A stretch of DNA of 64,000 nt from Patescibacteria group bacterium (GCA_018816885.1 JAHIUS010000053.1:10517-74516); one strand, 5' to 3'. Counted from the stretch's first letter, positions 1 through 8,896 are shown. Program-made: numbers and translations. The notes: a model not told the origin generated them from the letters alone.

Positions 1-395
1 TCCACAGCCCGGGAGGACATGTTACCGCCGGACTCGCAATCTACGACACAATGCAATACATCAAATGCGATGTATCAACCGTATGCCTCGGCATGGCGGC
101 TTCAATGGGAGCTATATTGCTTTGCGGAGGAGCCAAAGGCAAAAGATTCTCACTTCCTAACTCTGAAGTAATGATTCACCAACCTCTTGGAGGAGTAGAA
201 GGCCAGGCAACAGAAATCCAAATCCACGCAGAACACATTCTTCAAACAAAACAAAGACTTAACGAAATAATCGCCCATCACACAGGTCAAAAAATCGACC
301 AAGTCGTAAAAGACACCGACCGCGACAAATTCCTAACAGCCGAAGAAGCCCTTAAATACGGACTAATTGATAAGATTGTGAAGAAAAAGGTCTAA
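1..395 (+). CDS. clpP: ATP-dependent Clp protease proteolytic subunit (C-terminal ~130 aa; 5' end outside window)
   Basis: Frame open from window edge (..[20 protein letters not shown]..); active-site Ser context GMAASMGA and His context MIHQPLGG typical of ClpP. Confidence 0.95.
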   Translation, partial: HSPGGHVTAGLAIYDTMQYIKCDVSTVCLGMAASMGAILLCGGAKGKRFSLPNSEVMIHQPLGGVEGQATEIQIHAEHILQTKQRLNEIIAHHTGQKIDQVVKDTDRDKFLTAEEALKYGLIDKIVKKKV

Positions 396-916
396 AAATT
401 CAAAAGCTCTCCTGTTTCAATATATCGACAAGTCAACTTTACCCATAGACCAGCTATTCCCTTTGCCTTTTCCACAGAGTCAACATTTTTGGGACAAGAG
501 AGCAATATAATATCCGTCTCTCCATCAACTATAGAATTCCCTCTGCCAACTATATTAGAATCGGAATCTCTTCCACCGTAATCGGGACTTTGTTTAATCT
601 GGATCTCGTAATGCCCCTTAGCAGAAGTTTTTACAATAAAAAACTTAAAAAATCCGACATCAGTAATAACAGAATATTCAACTCGATCATATCGATTGCG
701 TTCAACACATTGTTCAAACAGCTTAGTCAAACCTGCTACACGCTCATCATCATATGGTTTCATATTATTCACAACATCATTTATAAAGCATCTGAACCTC
801 TGAAACTCTAAATCGCAATCATTAAATTCAATATCCGCTCCAACATCAAAAGGATCAAGGACTTCTACAGCTTCCGGACTTGAAACAATACTCATGTTAT
901 TTTGATTATAGAGCAT
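392..916 (-). CDS. hypothetical acidic protein sharing a ~85-aa C-terminal module with neighbouring ORF 969-1880
   Basis: 174-aa ORF; C-terminus [56 protein letters not shown] aligns with FQFLFVKVPEKNYYEIQIKNSPTYGDRDAD..DSVEKAEGIAKMWADLTCGYIKTGE of the neighbour; no family recognised by eye. Confidence 0.6.
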   Translation of the reverse strand: MLYNQNNMSIVSSPEAVEVLDPFDVGADIEFNDCDLEFQRFRCFINDVVNNMKPYDDERVAGLTKLFEQCVERNRYDRVEYSVITDVGFFKFFIVKTSAKGHYEIQIKQSPDYGGRDSDSNIVGRGNSIVDGETDIILLSCPKNVDSVEKAKGIAGLWVKLTCRYIETGELLNF

Positions 917-968
917 CTATTTAAACCAAATTCGACGATTTGTGCAAGTCATTTTACACAAAAACACT

Positions 969-1880
969 TCAAGGATTCGAGAACTCACCCGTTTTAATAT
1001 ACCCACAAGTCAAATCTGCCCACATTTTCGCTATTCCCTCAGCCTTTTCAACAGAATCTATCTGCTCAGGGTTGGACAAACATATGATAGCTGTCCCGGT
1101 ATCAACTTCTGACATTTTTCTATGAACTTTGGCAGGATCAGCATCCCTATCGCCATAAGTAGGACTATTCTTTATCTGAATTTCGTAATAATTCTTCTCG
1201 GGGACTTTTACAAAAAGAAATTGGAAGGGGCCTAATTCGGTTTCGCAAGAGAAATCGACAACAGATAATGCTTTCTCTAAAAAATTCATAAAATCACCTC
1301 TCTCTTCATCATTGCAATGCACATAAAGCACATGTGTTTTAGGGTGCTCAACTATCCTCAATTCCAAATCATTTTTAATGCTTCTAGCAAACGGATAATC
1401 AGACTTCGGATTACCATACTCCAAAAAGAGTCCACGATCTTCAATTCTACGATCACAAATTAATTCCCATAATCTATTGAAGCTAATCCCCTCCAATGCA
1501 TCATCACTTTCATAAACAGAGTTATCCAAGACCTCATCACTAATAACAGCTTCAATAATAGCTTGTTCTACATCTTCAGGTAAAAGCCCATGACCTTCCA
1601 TTAAATCACCTGGATGTATCTCGTGTTTACCTGAAAAAATATCATAAAATTCCCTAACCATTTCAAAACCCTCAAAATCATCACCAAAAACTGCATCTAA
1701 TGCTTCCAATTCTTCACTTCCCGCTACAACTTCCGCCTCACCCAAAACATTGAAAAATTGCAAATGCCTTTTTAGAATTTCTAAAGCCAAAGGTACCTGT
1801 CCAATCGTAAAATCTTCAGGTTCACCCTCTAGCCCGGAGAGTTCTTCTCTGGTAAATGGAATAATTAAAGATTCTGACAT
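969..1880 (-). CDS. hypothetical acidic protein, paralogous C-terminal module (see 392-916)
   Basis: ORF track 969-1913; ATG at 1880 (MSESLIIPF..) preferred because a TTGACA-N17-TATTGT promoter lies at 1904-1932, inside the longer ORF version; N-terminal 200 aa very Asp/Glu-rich. Confidence 0.6.
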   Translation of the reverse strand: MSESLIIPFTREELSGLEGEPEDFTIGQVPLALEILKRHLQFFNVLGEAEVVAGSEELEALDAVFGDDFEGFEMVREFYDIFSGKHEIHPGDLMEGHGLLPEDVEQAIIEAVISDEVLDNSVYESDDALEGISFNRLWELICDRRIEDRGLFLEYGNPKSDYPFARSIKNDLELRIVEHPKTHVLYVHCNDEERGDFMNFLEKALSVVDFSCETELGPFQFLFVKVPEKNYYEIQIKNSPTYGDRDADPAKVHRKMSEVDTGTAIICLSNPEQIDSVEKAEGIAKMWADLTCGYIKTGEFSNP

Positions 1881-1903
1881 AAATAAAAAGTTACTACACC
1901 GAA

Positions 1904-1932
1904 ACAATAGCATGATTCATGCGGTCTGTCAA
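1904..1932 (-). promoter_or_regulatory. sigma70-type promoter for ORF 969-1880
   Basis: Minus strand TTGACA (1927-1932) - 17 nt - TATTGT (1904-1909), 24 nt upstream of ATG 1880. Confidence 0.55.
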
Positions 1933-2067
1933 TCTGGCAAAAGCCACTACTCATCCTCAACAAATAGCCCAAAACCCGCACTTGCTATCCTAGACGGATG
2001 AACGGAATCGGGAAGATGAGCCCCGCCACAAGCGCCATTCGCAAAACTATTAACTATTAGCCATCCG

Positions 2068-2955
2068 CTAAATAACCGGCATCCCAACCGCCCTCTCTAC
2101 CATCGCCTTAGCCACATCAATACCTGTAGCCTTCTCGAGCTCCTCAAACCCGGGATTAGAATTAACTTCGAGAATAACAGGCCCGTTTTTTGTAGTCAAA
2201 ATATCCACCCCTGCAACATCAAGACCCATAATTCCGGAAGCCTTCAAAGCCAAATCCTCATACTCCTTATCCAAGCTAACGATCCTCCCCTTCCCTCCGA
2301 GAGCGGCATTTGACCTAAACTCCCCTTTCTTGGCGGTCCTTTCCATAGCCGCAACAACCTTCCCTCCAACAACAAAAACACGAGTATCCTTACCCTTGGA
2401 TTCTTTAACATACTCCTGAATAAGAACAATTTTACTGCCAAAAAAATCAACGGTAGAAACAGCCGCACGATAACTTTCGACAATCATCACTCCGGACCCA
2501 AGCGAACCAAAAGGAGATTTAATAATAACAGGAGCACCGCCAACCTTCTTAATAGCCTCCTTAAGATCCTCATTCTTACCGATAACAACAGTCTTGGGAA
2601 TCGGCAGATTATAATGCGACATTATCTGGAGAGTTCTCAGCTTATTCTTAGCCTTCAAAATCGAATTATAACTGTTGAGAACCGGAACTCCCATAAGCTC
2701 AAGCTGCTTTACAACAGAAGCACTCAAATCCACATTGTTCAGAACAGACACACGAGGAATCATTACATCAATCTTCGGAAAAGGCTTCCCCTTATACAAG
2801 ATTGTCGGCCCTCCCCCATTGTAATAAAGCTCACAGTCATAAGCCCTGTAAACCTTGCCCTTATAACCCAGTTCTCGAGCAGCCTTAACCAGCCTAGACT
2901 CCTCATAAGCTATCTTTCCATCTTGCGGCCTAAAAGAAAGTATCCCTACATGCAT
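2068..2955 (-). CDS. rimK: RimK-family ATP-grasp alpha-L-glutamate ligase
   Basis: 295 aa; ATP-grasp layout with ..APVIIKSPFGSLGSGV.., ..IVLIQEYV.., ..DTRVFVVGGKVVAAMERT..GEFRSN.., ..GLDVAGVDIL..GPVILEVNSNPG.. Confidence 0.8.
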   Translation of the reverse strand: MHVGILSFRPQDGKIAYEESRLVKAARELGYKGKVYRAYDCELYYNGGGPTILYKGKPFPKIDVMIPRVSVLNNVDLSASVVKQLELMGVPVLNSYNSILKAKNKLRTLQIMSHYNLPIPKTVVIGKNEDLKEAIKKVGGAPVIIKSPFGSLGSGVMIVESYRAAVSTVDFFGSKIVLIQEYVKESKGKDTRVFVVGGKVVAAMERTAKKGEFRSNAALGGKGRIVSLDKEYEDLALKASGIMGLDVAGVDILTTKNGPVILEVNSNPGFEELEKATGIDVAKAMVERAVGMPVI

Positions 2956-3085
2956 ATTTTTATCTTACTTAATAAAAGCGCCCCAATTTTATCTGTAAAT
3001 TCGAAAAATGCAATGACAAATTAAAAACCCCTTCTCAAACCTGTTGATTTGTGTTAGAATATATAGATAAATTTATCAAAGACCT

Positions 3086-4264
3086 ATGTTCCAAAACGTA
3101 ATTTGGTGGCAGGCATTGGTAGCTATGGCACTCGCTATAGCCCCAATCGTTATATGGACAAATATTTTTTTCAAAAGAAAACAGCACTCAAAAAAAGCGT
3201 TAATAGAAGTATTTATCCTGGGAACATTCACAGTAATACCTCTAATTGCAATCCAATACCTGTGGTATTTGCACCCTGAATGGGATGTAAACACCTGGAT
3301 TGAGAACAAGGTCTATACAACCAATGTACAACTCGGATTCCTGGCAACCTTCATCGTAATAGGAATGATGGAAGAGGTAGTCAAAATGGGCGTGGTAAGA
3401 ATCGCGGACGCCTCAAAAATGCGACTTCAAACCATAAACGACGCCGTAAAATTCAGCATACTTGCCGCACTTGGATTCGCATTTTCAGAAAACATCTACT
3501 ATTTCTACTCGGTGATGTCCACAGGCAATCTTGCCGCACTATTCACAACTGTAGTATTCCGAGGAAGCTTCACGGTTTGCGGACACATCATATTTTCCGC
3601 AATATTCGGATACTACTATGGCCTGGGGAAATTTTCACAACATATAGTGGAACAAAACGAATGGACCGGAGAAAAATTCAAATTCGCAACCTTTATAAAC
3701 AAATTAACAGGAATAAAAAAAGGATTTACAGTCAAATATCAAAAATTACTGACAGGACTAATAATCGCAATGAGCATGCACGCATTATTCAATTTCTTCC
3801 TGCAACTTAACAGAACTGTCGAAGCAACAATATTGGTGGCCACAGGCTTCATATATGTCTATTACTTGATGAACAGAAAAGCCGGACACCTGATTCTAAC
3901 AGGAGAAAAAGGAGAATCCATGATGCCCAAAACCGACGAAGATGTTGTCTTGGAACTGATTGGAATGTGGTTCAACGACGGCAAATACGAAGATGTCATA
4001 GAAATATGCGAAAGGCTACTCCTGCGCGACCCGAACAACAAAGTAGTCAAACTCTTTAAAGCCAAAGCTCTCGATAAAGCCAAAATGACAAAAGCCGTTA
4101 GCTCGGTTAAAAACCTTTTCTCGGAAAAAGATGAAGAAAATCCGATGAACATACTTGAAGAACTGCGCAAAAAGAAACAAGAGATGGAACAGATAGAAAA
4201 CATTAAAAAAAGTGCGGAAATAATTCTGGACAAAAAAACAAATACCCTTTCTAAAAAGGATTAA
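3086..4264 (+). CDS. PrsW-family intramembrane metalloprotease with C-terminal soluble helical (TPR-like) extension
   Basis: Multi-TM protein with PrsW signature motifs EEVVK, FAFSENIYY and HxxxN/F (MHALFNF). Confidence 0.75.
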   Translation: MFQNVIWWQALVAMALAIAPIVIWTNIFFKRKQHSKKALIEVFILGTFTVIPLIAIQYLWYLHPEWDVNTWIENKVYTTNVQLGFLATFIVIGMMEEVVKMGVVRIADASKMRLQTINDAVKFSILAALGFAFSENIYYFYSVMSTGNLAALFTTVVFRGSFTVCGHIIFSAIFGYYYGLGKFSQHIVEQNEWTGEKFKFATFINKLTGIKKGFTVKYQKLLTGLIIAMSMHALFNFFLQLNRTVEATILVATGFIYVYYLMNRKAGHLILTGEKGESMMPKTDEDVVLELIGMWFNDGKYEDVIEICERLLLRDPNNKVVKLFKAKALDKAKMTKAVSSVKNLFSEKDEENPMNILEELRKKKQEMEQIENIKKSAEIILDKKTNTLSKKD

Positions 4265-4304
4265 TTATATATATTTCATCAATAAAATTTAACCCAAAAT
4301 AAAG

Positions 4305-6488
4305 ATGAAAAAACAAACAGAAACACTCAAGGACAAAATCCTTGCAAAAATCACCGCCGGTAAAAAGCTGGCAAAAAATCACATTGCGAAACTTACCGCA
4401 AACAAGAAACTGACAGGAGGAATCCTTGCAGGAGTACTGGTTGTCGCAATTATATTCGGATCAACCACAAGCTTCTTCGGAGCGCTTGATTTGGACTTCG
4501 ATGAAGTTGATATGGAAATCCAATTCACAGGGATGAATTCCGAACAAACCGCTCTTTTCGCAACGGTTTGCGCCGAAGTGTCGGAAACATACGGACAAGC
4601 GTCCGTGCTCAGCACAGATTCACCGGCAAAAACAGGAGGAGCGGAAAACAATATGGCTATAGACAATAGCATCGACCTGGAAAGAGAAACCGTAGACTCA
4701 ACTCCGGAAAGCGATATATCAAAAGAAGTACCCGTCGCGGAAGAGGAAGCTGCAACTCCGGAAGACCGAGTTGATGCTCCCGACATGGGAGAAGAAAACG
4801 ATGATCAGAACGATAAACTTGACGGAATAGATTTGGGAACGGAAGAAGAAACGGTAGCTCCGACAGACAAATCCGACGCTATGGATATCGGCTCGGACAC
4901 ACCTGAAATCGACACAGCGGGAGAAGTAAAAATCCCGGAAGAAGCCATCGAAATAACAGGAACAATCGAGGCAGTTCTACAATTTACCGTTGGAAGCGAA
5001 AAGCACGAACAAAACATTGAACTTGAACTTGGAAGATGTGAAGTTTTCACTTCAACAAACCTCGAAGACTGGGACACCGAATTCAGCTCCGGCGTAACTT
5101 ACAAGGCAACAGCCTCTGTCAAATACGAAAAACAAGAAAAAGCCAGCAAGGATTTCAACTTCACACTCCCGGGAGAAGAAACAACTCCAACAGAAACAGA
5201 AAATAACGACTTCATAACAAAACCGACATTCATCTTATTAAGAATCGGTGATATCGACGGCCCTGATGCCAACGAAGTCCAATCACAGTACGAAGGATTC
5301 ATAACAGCCAACGATGCAAACAGTCTTAAAGTGGAATTCATCACAAAAGTACTTTTTGAAGACAATGAAAACATAGAAGAGCTAATCACAGAAGTTGAAG
5401 ACGGGATCCAATGGACAAACGATATTTACAAACATTGGGACGGAATAATCTTCAGAGTTTACCCTCTAGTGATGGAAACAGCTGAAGAACAAAGCTTCCA
5501 AATAAAAGTTACAGGTTATTTGGATGAAGAAATTACATCTGAAGAAGACTTGATCGCATACGAAATCGGTGACGGGACAGATAATGTTGTTGAACTTTCT
5601 ATCTTAGGAGAGCCGGGTGATGCCGCAGATGAAGATTCTATCGGAAATATGATGGATTTAGCCGCCGTACTTAACAAAGCTCTTTTAGGACTGGAAGATA
5701 CTGCAGATGAAGAAACCGCATCAGCAGCAGATAAACTTGTAGAAGCCGTACTAAATGTAGACCTTATTGAATCCGATGAATCGACAGAAGGAGTCATAGA
5801 CTTTATTAAGGGAGCAAATATCGGAGAAGAAAATGAAACGGGAGCTTTCTTCGACAACCTAACAAAAGGGGTCCAAGTTGCCACAGAAGAAACAAAAGGC
5901 CGAGAAATCACATTCTCCGATGTATCAGATAACGACTGGTTTTCAAATCCCGTTCTGAGCCTTGCAGCAGACGGAGTTCTGTCAGGATACGATGACGGAA
6001 CTTTTCACCCGGAATACGAGATCACAAGAGCAGAACTTACAAAGCTCGCAGTAGCAGCTTTCCAACTGCCGATTATAAACCAAGATGCAGGGTTCACTGA
6101 TGTTGATCAAAGCATATGGTACGCAAAATACATCAACACAGCGGCATACTACGGATTCATCAACGGATACGACGACGGCACTTTCAAACCCGGCAACACA
6201 ATCAATAGAGCCGAAACTGCAAAAGTGCTTATCGGAATGGCGGAAACAATGATGGTAGATCCCGAGTACTTCCTCGGAAACGTCGCATCATGGTCAAACC
6301 CGTTCATCGATGTATTCCCTACATCATGGTATTACGAATATTTCATGCAGGGATACACAGCACGAGCAATAACAGGAAGTGAAGTTGACGGAGACCTATA
6401 CGGATATCCTTTAGAAAGCACAACAAGAGGAGCCGCAGCCAAAATGGTTCACACACTTCGAGAAATTTTAGCAACTCCGACGATATAA
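4305..6488 (+). CDS. membrane-anchored acidic envelope protein with three C-terminal SLH (S-layer homology) domains
   Basis: N-terminal TM (GGILAGVLVVAIIFG), long Asp/Glu/Thr-rich region, then three SLH repeats (FSDVSDNDWFSNPVLSLAADGVLSGYDDGTFHP.., FTDVDQSIWYAKYINTAAYYGFINGYDDGTFKP.., FIDVFPTSWYYEYFMQGY..). Confidence 0.8.
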   Translation: MKKQTETLKDKILAKITAGKKLAKNHIAKLTANKKLTGGILAGVLVVAIIFGSTTSFFGALDLDFDEVDMEIQFTGMNSEQTALFATVCAEVSETYGQASVLSTDSPAKTGGAENNMAIDNSIDLERETVDSTPESDISKEVPVAEEEAATPEDRVDAPDMGEENDDQNDKLDGIDLGTEEETVAPTDKSDAMDIGSDTPEIDTAGEVKIPEEAIEITGTIEAVLQFTVGSEKHEQNIELELGRCEVFTSTNLEDWDTEFSSGVTYKATASVKYEKQEKASKDFNFTLPGEETTPTETENNDFITKPTFILLRIGDIDGPDANEVQSQYEGFITANDANSLKVEFITKVLFEDNENIEELITEVEDGIQWTNDIYKHWDGIIFRVYPLVMETAEEQSFQIKVTGYLDEEITSEEDLIAYEIGDGTDNVVELSILGEPGDAADEDSIGNMMDLAAVLNKALLGLEDTADEETASAADKLVEAVLNVDLIESDESTEGVIDFIKGANIGEENETGAFFDNLTKGVQVATEETKGREITFSDVSDNDWFSNPVLSLAADGVLSGYDDGTFHPEYEITRAELTKLAVAAFQLPIINQDAGFTDVDQSIWYAKYINTAAYYGFINGYDDGTFKPGNTINRAETAKVLIGMAETMMVDPEYFLGNVASWSNPFIDVFPTSWYYEYFMQGYTARAITGSEVDGDLYGYPLESTTRGAAAKMVHTLREILATPTI

Positions 6489-6506
6489 AGAGCTTTAAAC
6501 AAAGGA

Positions 6507-6537
6507 GGCACCTCTCATATGCGGAGGTGTCTCTTTT
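6507..6537 (+). terminator. intrinsic terminator after SLH gene
   Basis: GGCACCTC (6507-6514) / GAGGTGTC (6524-6531) stem with one G.U, followed by TCTTTT. Confidence 0.55.
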
Positions 6538-6585
6538 AAAATAAAAACAAAAACGCTAAAATCAAGTCATCTTAAACCAAAAACC

Positions 6586-7152
6586 ATGAAAAAATTACTA
6601 TTACTACCACTACTACTACTTCTGCTACTAACAGGATGTCTCGGAAATGTCACCCCTGAAGAAAATACAGACAATCCCCTTTACTACAAATACAGTGGAG
6701 CCACATACTCGATAGAAGTACCAAACGACTGGGAAGTAATCAGCCAATTCACATCGGACTACCCCTCAAATACGCTTGTAGCCTTCAAAAACAACCTAAA
6801 AGACCAAGACTTCATCGCAAACGTCAACATAGTGGCCAATACATTGGGTAAGGGCCTCGGAAACGGCGATTACGCCATAGAAATGCTTAAGTACCATGAA
6901 GGAACCTTAATAGATTATAAATTGCTCGAACAACAAGAGGTAGAAGTTATTGTAGCCGGCCAATCAATACCAACATATTTGAATTATTTCGAAGGAAGAA
7001 ACAGCGTCAGCTCAGACCTACTCCGATTCTTACAGGTTTATGTAGTAAGCGAAAACTTCGGATACATCGCAACCGCAACCTTCCTCCCCGATGAAGACGA
7101 ATTTATTTTCGAAAACTGCAAGCATATGGTGAAGAGTTTGGCGGTGAATTAG
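6586..7152 (+). CDS. putative lipoprotein
   Basis: Signal peptide with lipobox LLLLTGC; mature part resembles small beta-rich secreted domains (YSIEVPNDWEV..); no specific family assigned. Confidence 0.65.
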   Translation: MKKLLLLPLLLLLLLTGCLGNVTPEENTDNPLYYKYSGATYSIEVPNDWEVISQFTSDYPSNTLVAFKNNLKDQDFIANVNIVANTLGKGLGNGDYAIEMLKYHEGTLIDYKLLEQQEVEVIVAGQSIPTYLNYFEGRNSVSSDLLRFLQVYVVSENFGYIATATFLPDEDEFIFENCKHMVKSLAVN

Positions 7153-7165
7153 ATTCGGATAGCAA

Positions 7166-7346
7166 AAGGTTTCGATAATTATCGAGCAACCATAAGCCGC
7201 GCCACAGCGGGGCCTATACAAATAAGCAGTTTTGCGAAGCAAAACACAACAAGAGCTTCTATTTTTTTTGCAAAGCATTTATCCCCGCCTTGGCGGGGGA
7301 AAAAAGAGAAATTAAAGCCGGTTGCGAGGTAATTCATCGAAACCTT
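7166..7346 (+). other. long imperfect hairpin element E1 abutting the CCA end of the tRNA-Leu gene
   Basis: 7166-7191 pairs with 7320-7346: about 23 Watson-Crick pairs, one U.G (7182/7329), bulged C 7335, tandem G.A/A.G (7184-7185 vs 7326-7327) in CGAG/GAGC context. The interior contains hairpins 7229-7245 and 7283-7298. Non-canonical pairs only work on the + strand. Confidence 0.45.
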
Positions 7347-7348
7347 CA

Positions 7349-7435
7349 TGGTGCCCGGGGCGAGAATCGAACTCGCACTCCTTTGCAGGAACAGGATTTT
7401 AAGTCCTGCGTGTCTACCAATTCCACCACCCGGGC
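7349..7435 (-). tRNA. tRNA-Leu (anticodon UAA), class II long variable arm, CCA encoded
   Basis: RC reads GCCCGGGTGGTGGAATTGGTAGACACGCAGGACTTAAAATCCTGTTCCTGCAAAGGAGTGCGAGTTCGATTCTCGCCCCGGGCACCA; acceptor GCCCGGG/CCCGGGC, loop CTTAAAA. Confidence 0.93.
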
Positions 7436-7446
7436 TTTTTGTTAAA

Positions 7447-7558
7447 GTTTTTGTGGTTATCGAGCAAGCATCTGCAGCGCTCCTGATTTTTCGAGGGCGT
7501 ACATGTTAGCCCGAGAAAAACAGGAAGCGAAGCCGTTTGCGAGGTAACCCACAAAAAC
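7447..7558 (+). other. long imperfect hairpin element E2 abutting the CCA end of the tRNA-Trp gene
   Basis: Rod-like 112-nt hairpin. Outer stem 7447-7469 pairs with 7535-7558, using the same core as E1 (bulged C 7548, U.G 7460/7544, tandem G.A 7462-7463 vs 7541-7542). The inner helix 7478-7498 / 7509-7529 has a second CGAG/GAGC tandem G.A (7493-7494 vs 7513-7514). Confidence 0.45.
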
Positions 7559-7561
7559 TTC

Positions 7562-7636
7562 TGGCAGGGGCGCCAGGATTTGAACCCGACCTTTTGGTTT
7601 TGGAGACCAACGTGCTACCACTGACACTACGCCCCT
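7562..7636 (-). tRNA. tRNA-Trp (anticodon CCA), CCA encoded
   Basis: RC reads AGGGGCGTAGTGTCAGTGGTAGCACGTTGGTCTCCAAAACCAAAAGGTCGGGTTCAAATCCTGGCGCCCCTGCCA; acceptor AGGGGCG/CGCCCCT. Confidence 0.92.
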
Positions 7637-7648
7637 ATGTTTAAGGTT

Positions 7649-7668
7649 GCGCCCTTAGGCGCTTTTTT
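7649..7668 (+). terminator. terminator-like hairpin plus T6 on the + strand (antisense to the tRNA cluster)
   Basis: GCGCC (7649-7653) CTTA GGCGC (7658-7662) followed by TTTTTT (7663-7668); there is no T-tract on the minus strand. Confidence 0.4.
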
Positions 7669-7669
7669 G

Positions 7670-7697
7670 GCGCGGGGATCGCTTCGCTTCCTCGCGC
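7670..7697 (+). other. hairpin abutting the CCA end of the tRNA-Cys gene
   Basis: GCGCGGGGA (7670-7678) pairs with TTCCTCGCGC (7688-7697), 9 bp including a G.U that is an A.C mismatch on the minus strand; its 3' arm and loop (7681-7692) contain GCTTCGCTTCCT, the reverse complement of AGGAAGCGAAGC in E2 (7522-7533). Confidence 0.35.
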
Positions 7698-7699
7698 TG

Positions 7700-7776
7700 T
7701 GGAGGCGACGATGGGATTCGAACCCATGAATGATGGTTTTGCAAACCACTGCCTTAAGCCACTTGGCTACGTCGCC
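7700..7776 (-). tRNA. tRNA-Cys (anticodon GCA), CCA encoded
   Basis: RC reads GGCGACGTAGCCAAGTGGCTTAAGGCAGTGGTTTGCAAAACCATCATTCATGGGTTCGAATCCCATCGTCGCCTCCA; acceptor GGCGACG/CGTCGCC. Confidence 0.9.
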
Positions 7777-7873
7777 TTTTTTCCTAATTTTCAAAAGACA
7801 CCCGCAAAATTAACACTTGATTCAAAAACTATCAAGAAAAATGTATAATGAACAAAAATAAACCCAAAAAAAC

Positions 7874-8242
7874 ATGGAATTTCAAATCCTTCTGATCCTG
7901 TCAATATTCGGAATTTTCGAAACAGGCTACCTGATTTACAAAAGAAAAAGGAAAGAAAAACCAATGTGCGTCATAGGAAAAGGCTGCTCAGTCGTACTAA
8001 ACAGCAAATATGACAAAACAATGGGAATCCATAACGACCTACTCGGATTAATCTACTACTTAATAGTAATCACAGTATTAATCTTGAACCTCCCCTACTT
8101 AACAGAACTATCGCTAATCATCGGGGCAGTATCATCTCTAATATTTATGTCCATCCAATTCGCAATACTAAGAAGCTTCTGCTTCTGGTGTACAACCTCC
8201 GCCGTCACTGTTTTCGCGATGAATTTGATCTATTTTTTATGA
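7874..8242 (+). CDS. vitamin K epoxide reductase (VKOR)-family small membrane thiol oxidoreductase
   Basis: 122 aa, about 4 TM segments, loop Cys pair CVIGKGC and CxxC (CFWC) in the last TM, as in bacterial VKOR homologues. Confidence 0.65.
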   Translation: MEFQILLILSIFGIFETGYLIYKRKRKEKPMCVIGKGCSVVLNSKYDKTMGIHNDLLGLIYYLIVITVLILNLPYLTELSLIIGAVSSLIFMSIQFAILRSFCFWCTTSAVTVFAMNLIYFL

Positions 8243-8371
8243 AAACCTAAAAATCAGTTGACTTATTCGCTTATTTAAGGCAAAATCCCCCCGTAAGTTT
8301 TCTCAGACAGACTAATAAAAAGTCGTGTTATGAAGAAAGATTACGACTTTTTATTTCTTGACCCAAAAAAG

Positions 8372-8629
8372 ATGGGCACAAAACTCTACGTAGGGGGACT
8401 ACCCTACTCAACAACAGATGAAGAGCTTAAAGAAGCTTTCTCTGCAGCAGGAACAGTTACTTCTGCAACTATCATCACTGACAGAATGTCAGGACGATCA
8501 AAAGGATTCGGATTCGTTGAATTCGAAACCGGAGAAGAAGCAGAAGCTGCTATCGAAATGTTCAACGGAAAAGATTTCGGTGGACGAAACCTAACTGTAA
8601 ACGAAGCACGTCCAAGAGAAGAACGATAA
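8372..8629 (+). CDS. RRM-type RNA-binding protein
   Basis: RNP-2 KLYVGGL and RNP-1 KGFGFVEF motifs; ORF track starts at 8330, but the internal ATG 8372 gives the canonical RRM N-terminus. Confidence 0.85.
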   Translation: MGTKLYVGGLPYSTTDEELKEAFSAAGTVTSATIITDRMSGRSKGFGFVEFETGEEAEAAIEMFNGKDFGGRNLTVNEARPREER

Positions 8630-8658
8630 TTCTTTTGTAACTTTGTTTTTAAAGTTGA

Positions 8659-8689
8659 AACCGGGTCGCGCAAGCGGCTCGGTTTTTTT
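8659..8689 (+). terminator. intrinsic terminator after the RRM gene (possibly bidirectional, also facing tRNA-Lys)
   Basis: AACCGGGTCGC / GCGGCTCGGTT stem with GCAA loop followed by a T-run. Confidence 0.7.
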
Positions 8690-8750
8690 GTAGTGCCAGA
8701 TTGAATCCCTGTTCTTATTATTGAAAATTTACCCCGCCTTGGCGAGGCTC

Positions 8751-8826
8751 TGGTGGGTCAGCCGGGGCTCGAACCCGGGACCGTCAGCTTAAGAGGCTGC
8801 TGCTCTACCAACTGAGCTACTGACCC
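8751..8826 (-). tRNA. tRNA-Lys (anticodon CUU), CCA encoded
   Basis: RC reads GGGTCAGTAGCTCAGTTGGTAGAGCAGCAGCCTCTTAAGCTGACGGTCCCGGGTTCGAGCCCCGGCTGACCCACCA. It is followed on the minus strand by hairpin CCTCGC-CAAG-GCGGGG plus TAAATTTT (8724-8747). Confidence 0.93.
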
Positions 8827-8896
8827 ACGCAAAAATTTTGCGGACATAAATTAACACCCCTCCCCTATCCTGGCAAGTTAAAATAACCTTAAATAT

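Noticed and set aside
392-1880. The YEIQIK.SP(D/T)YG motif of the paralogous module resembles the N-terminus of ribosomal protein S6 (..YEIVFMVHPD..), the known RimK substrate.
   Set aside because: The similarity covers only about 8 residues. In these ORFs it sits mid-domain rather than at the N-terminus, and their C-termini lack the Glu-rich S6 tail. This is too weak to support homology.
7349-7435. Possible group I intron in tRNA-Leu(UAA), the classic insertion site in some bacteria.
   Set aside because: The gene is continuous: an 87-nt class II tRNA with an intact anticodon loop CTTAAAA. The adjacent structured element E1 lies outside the tRNA.
7166-7558. E1/E2 as integron attC sites or as SRP/6S RNA.
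   Set aside because: No integrase is nearby, and the RYYYAAC/GTTRRRY core pattern is not convincingly present. The apical regions lack the conserved SRP domain IV GGAA/AGCA motifs. E1 has multiple internal hairpins rather than a 6S-like central bubble.
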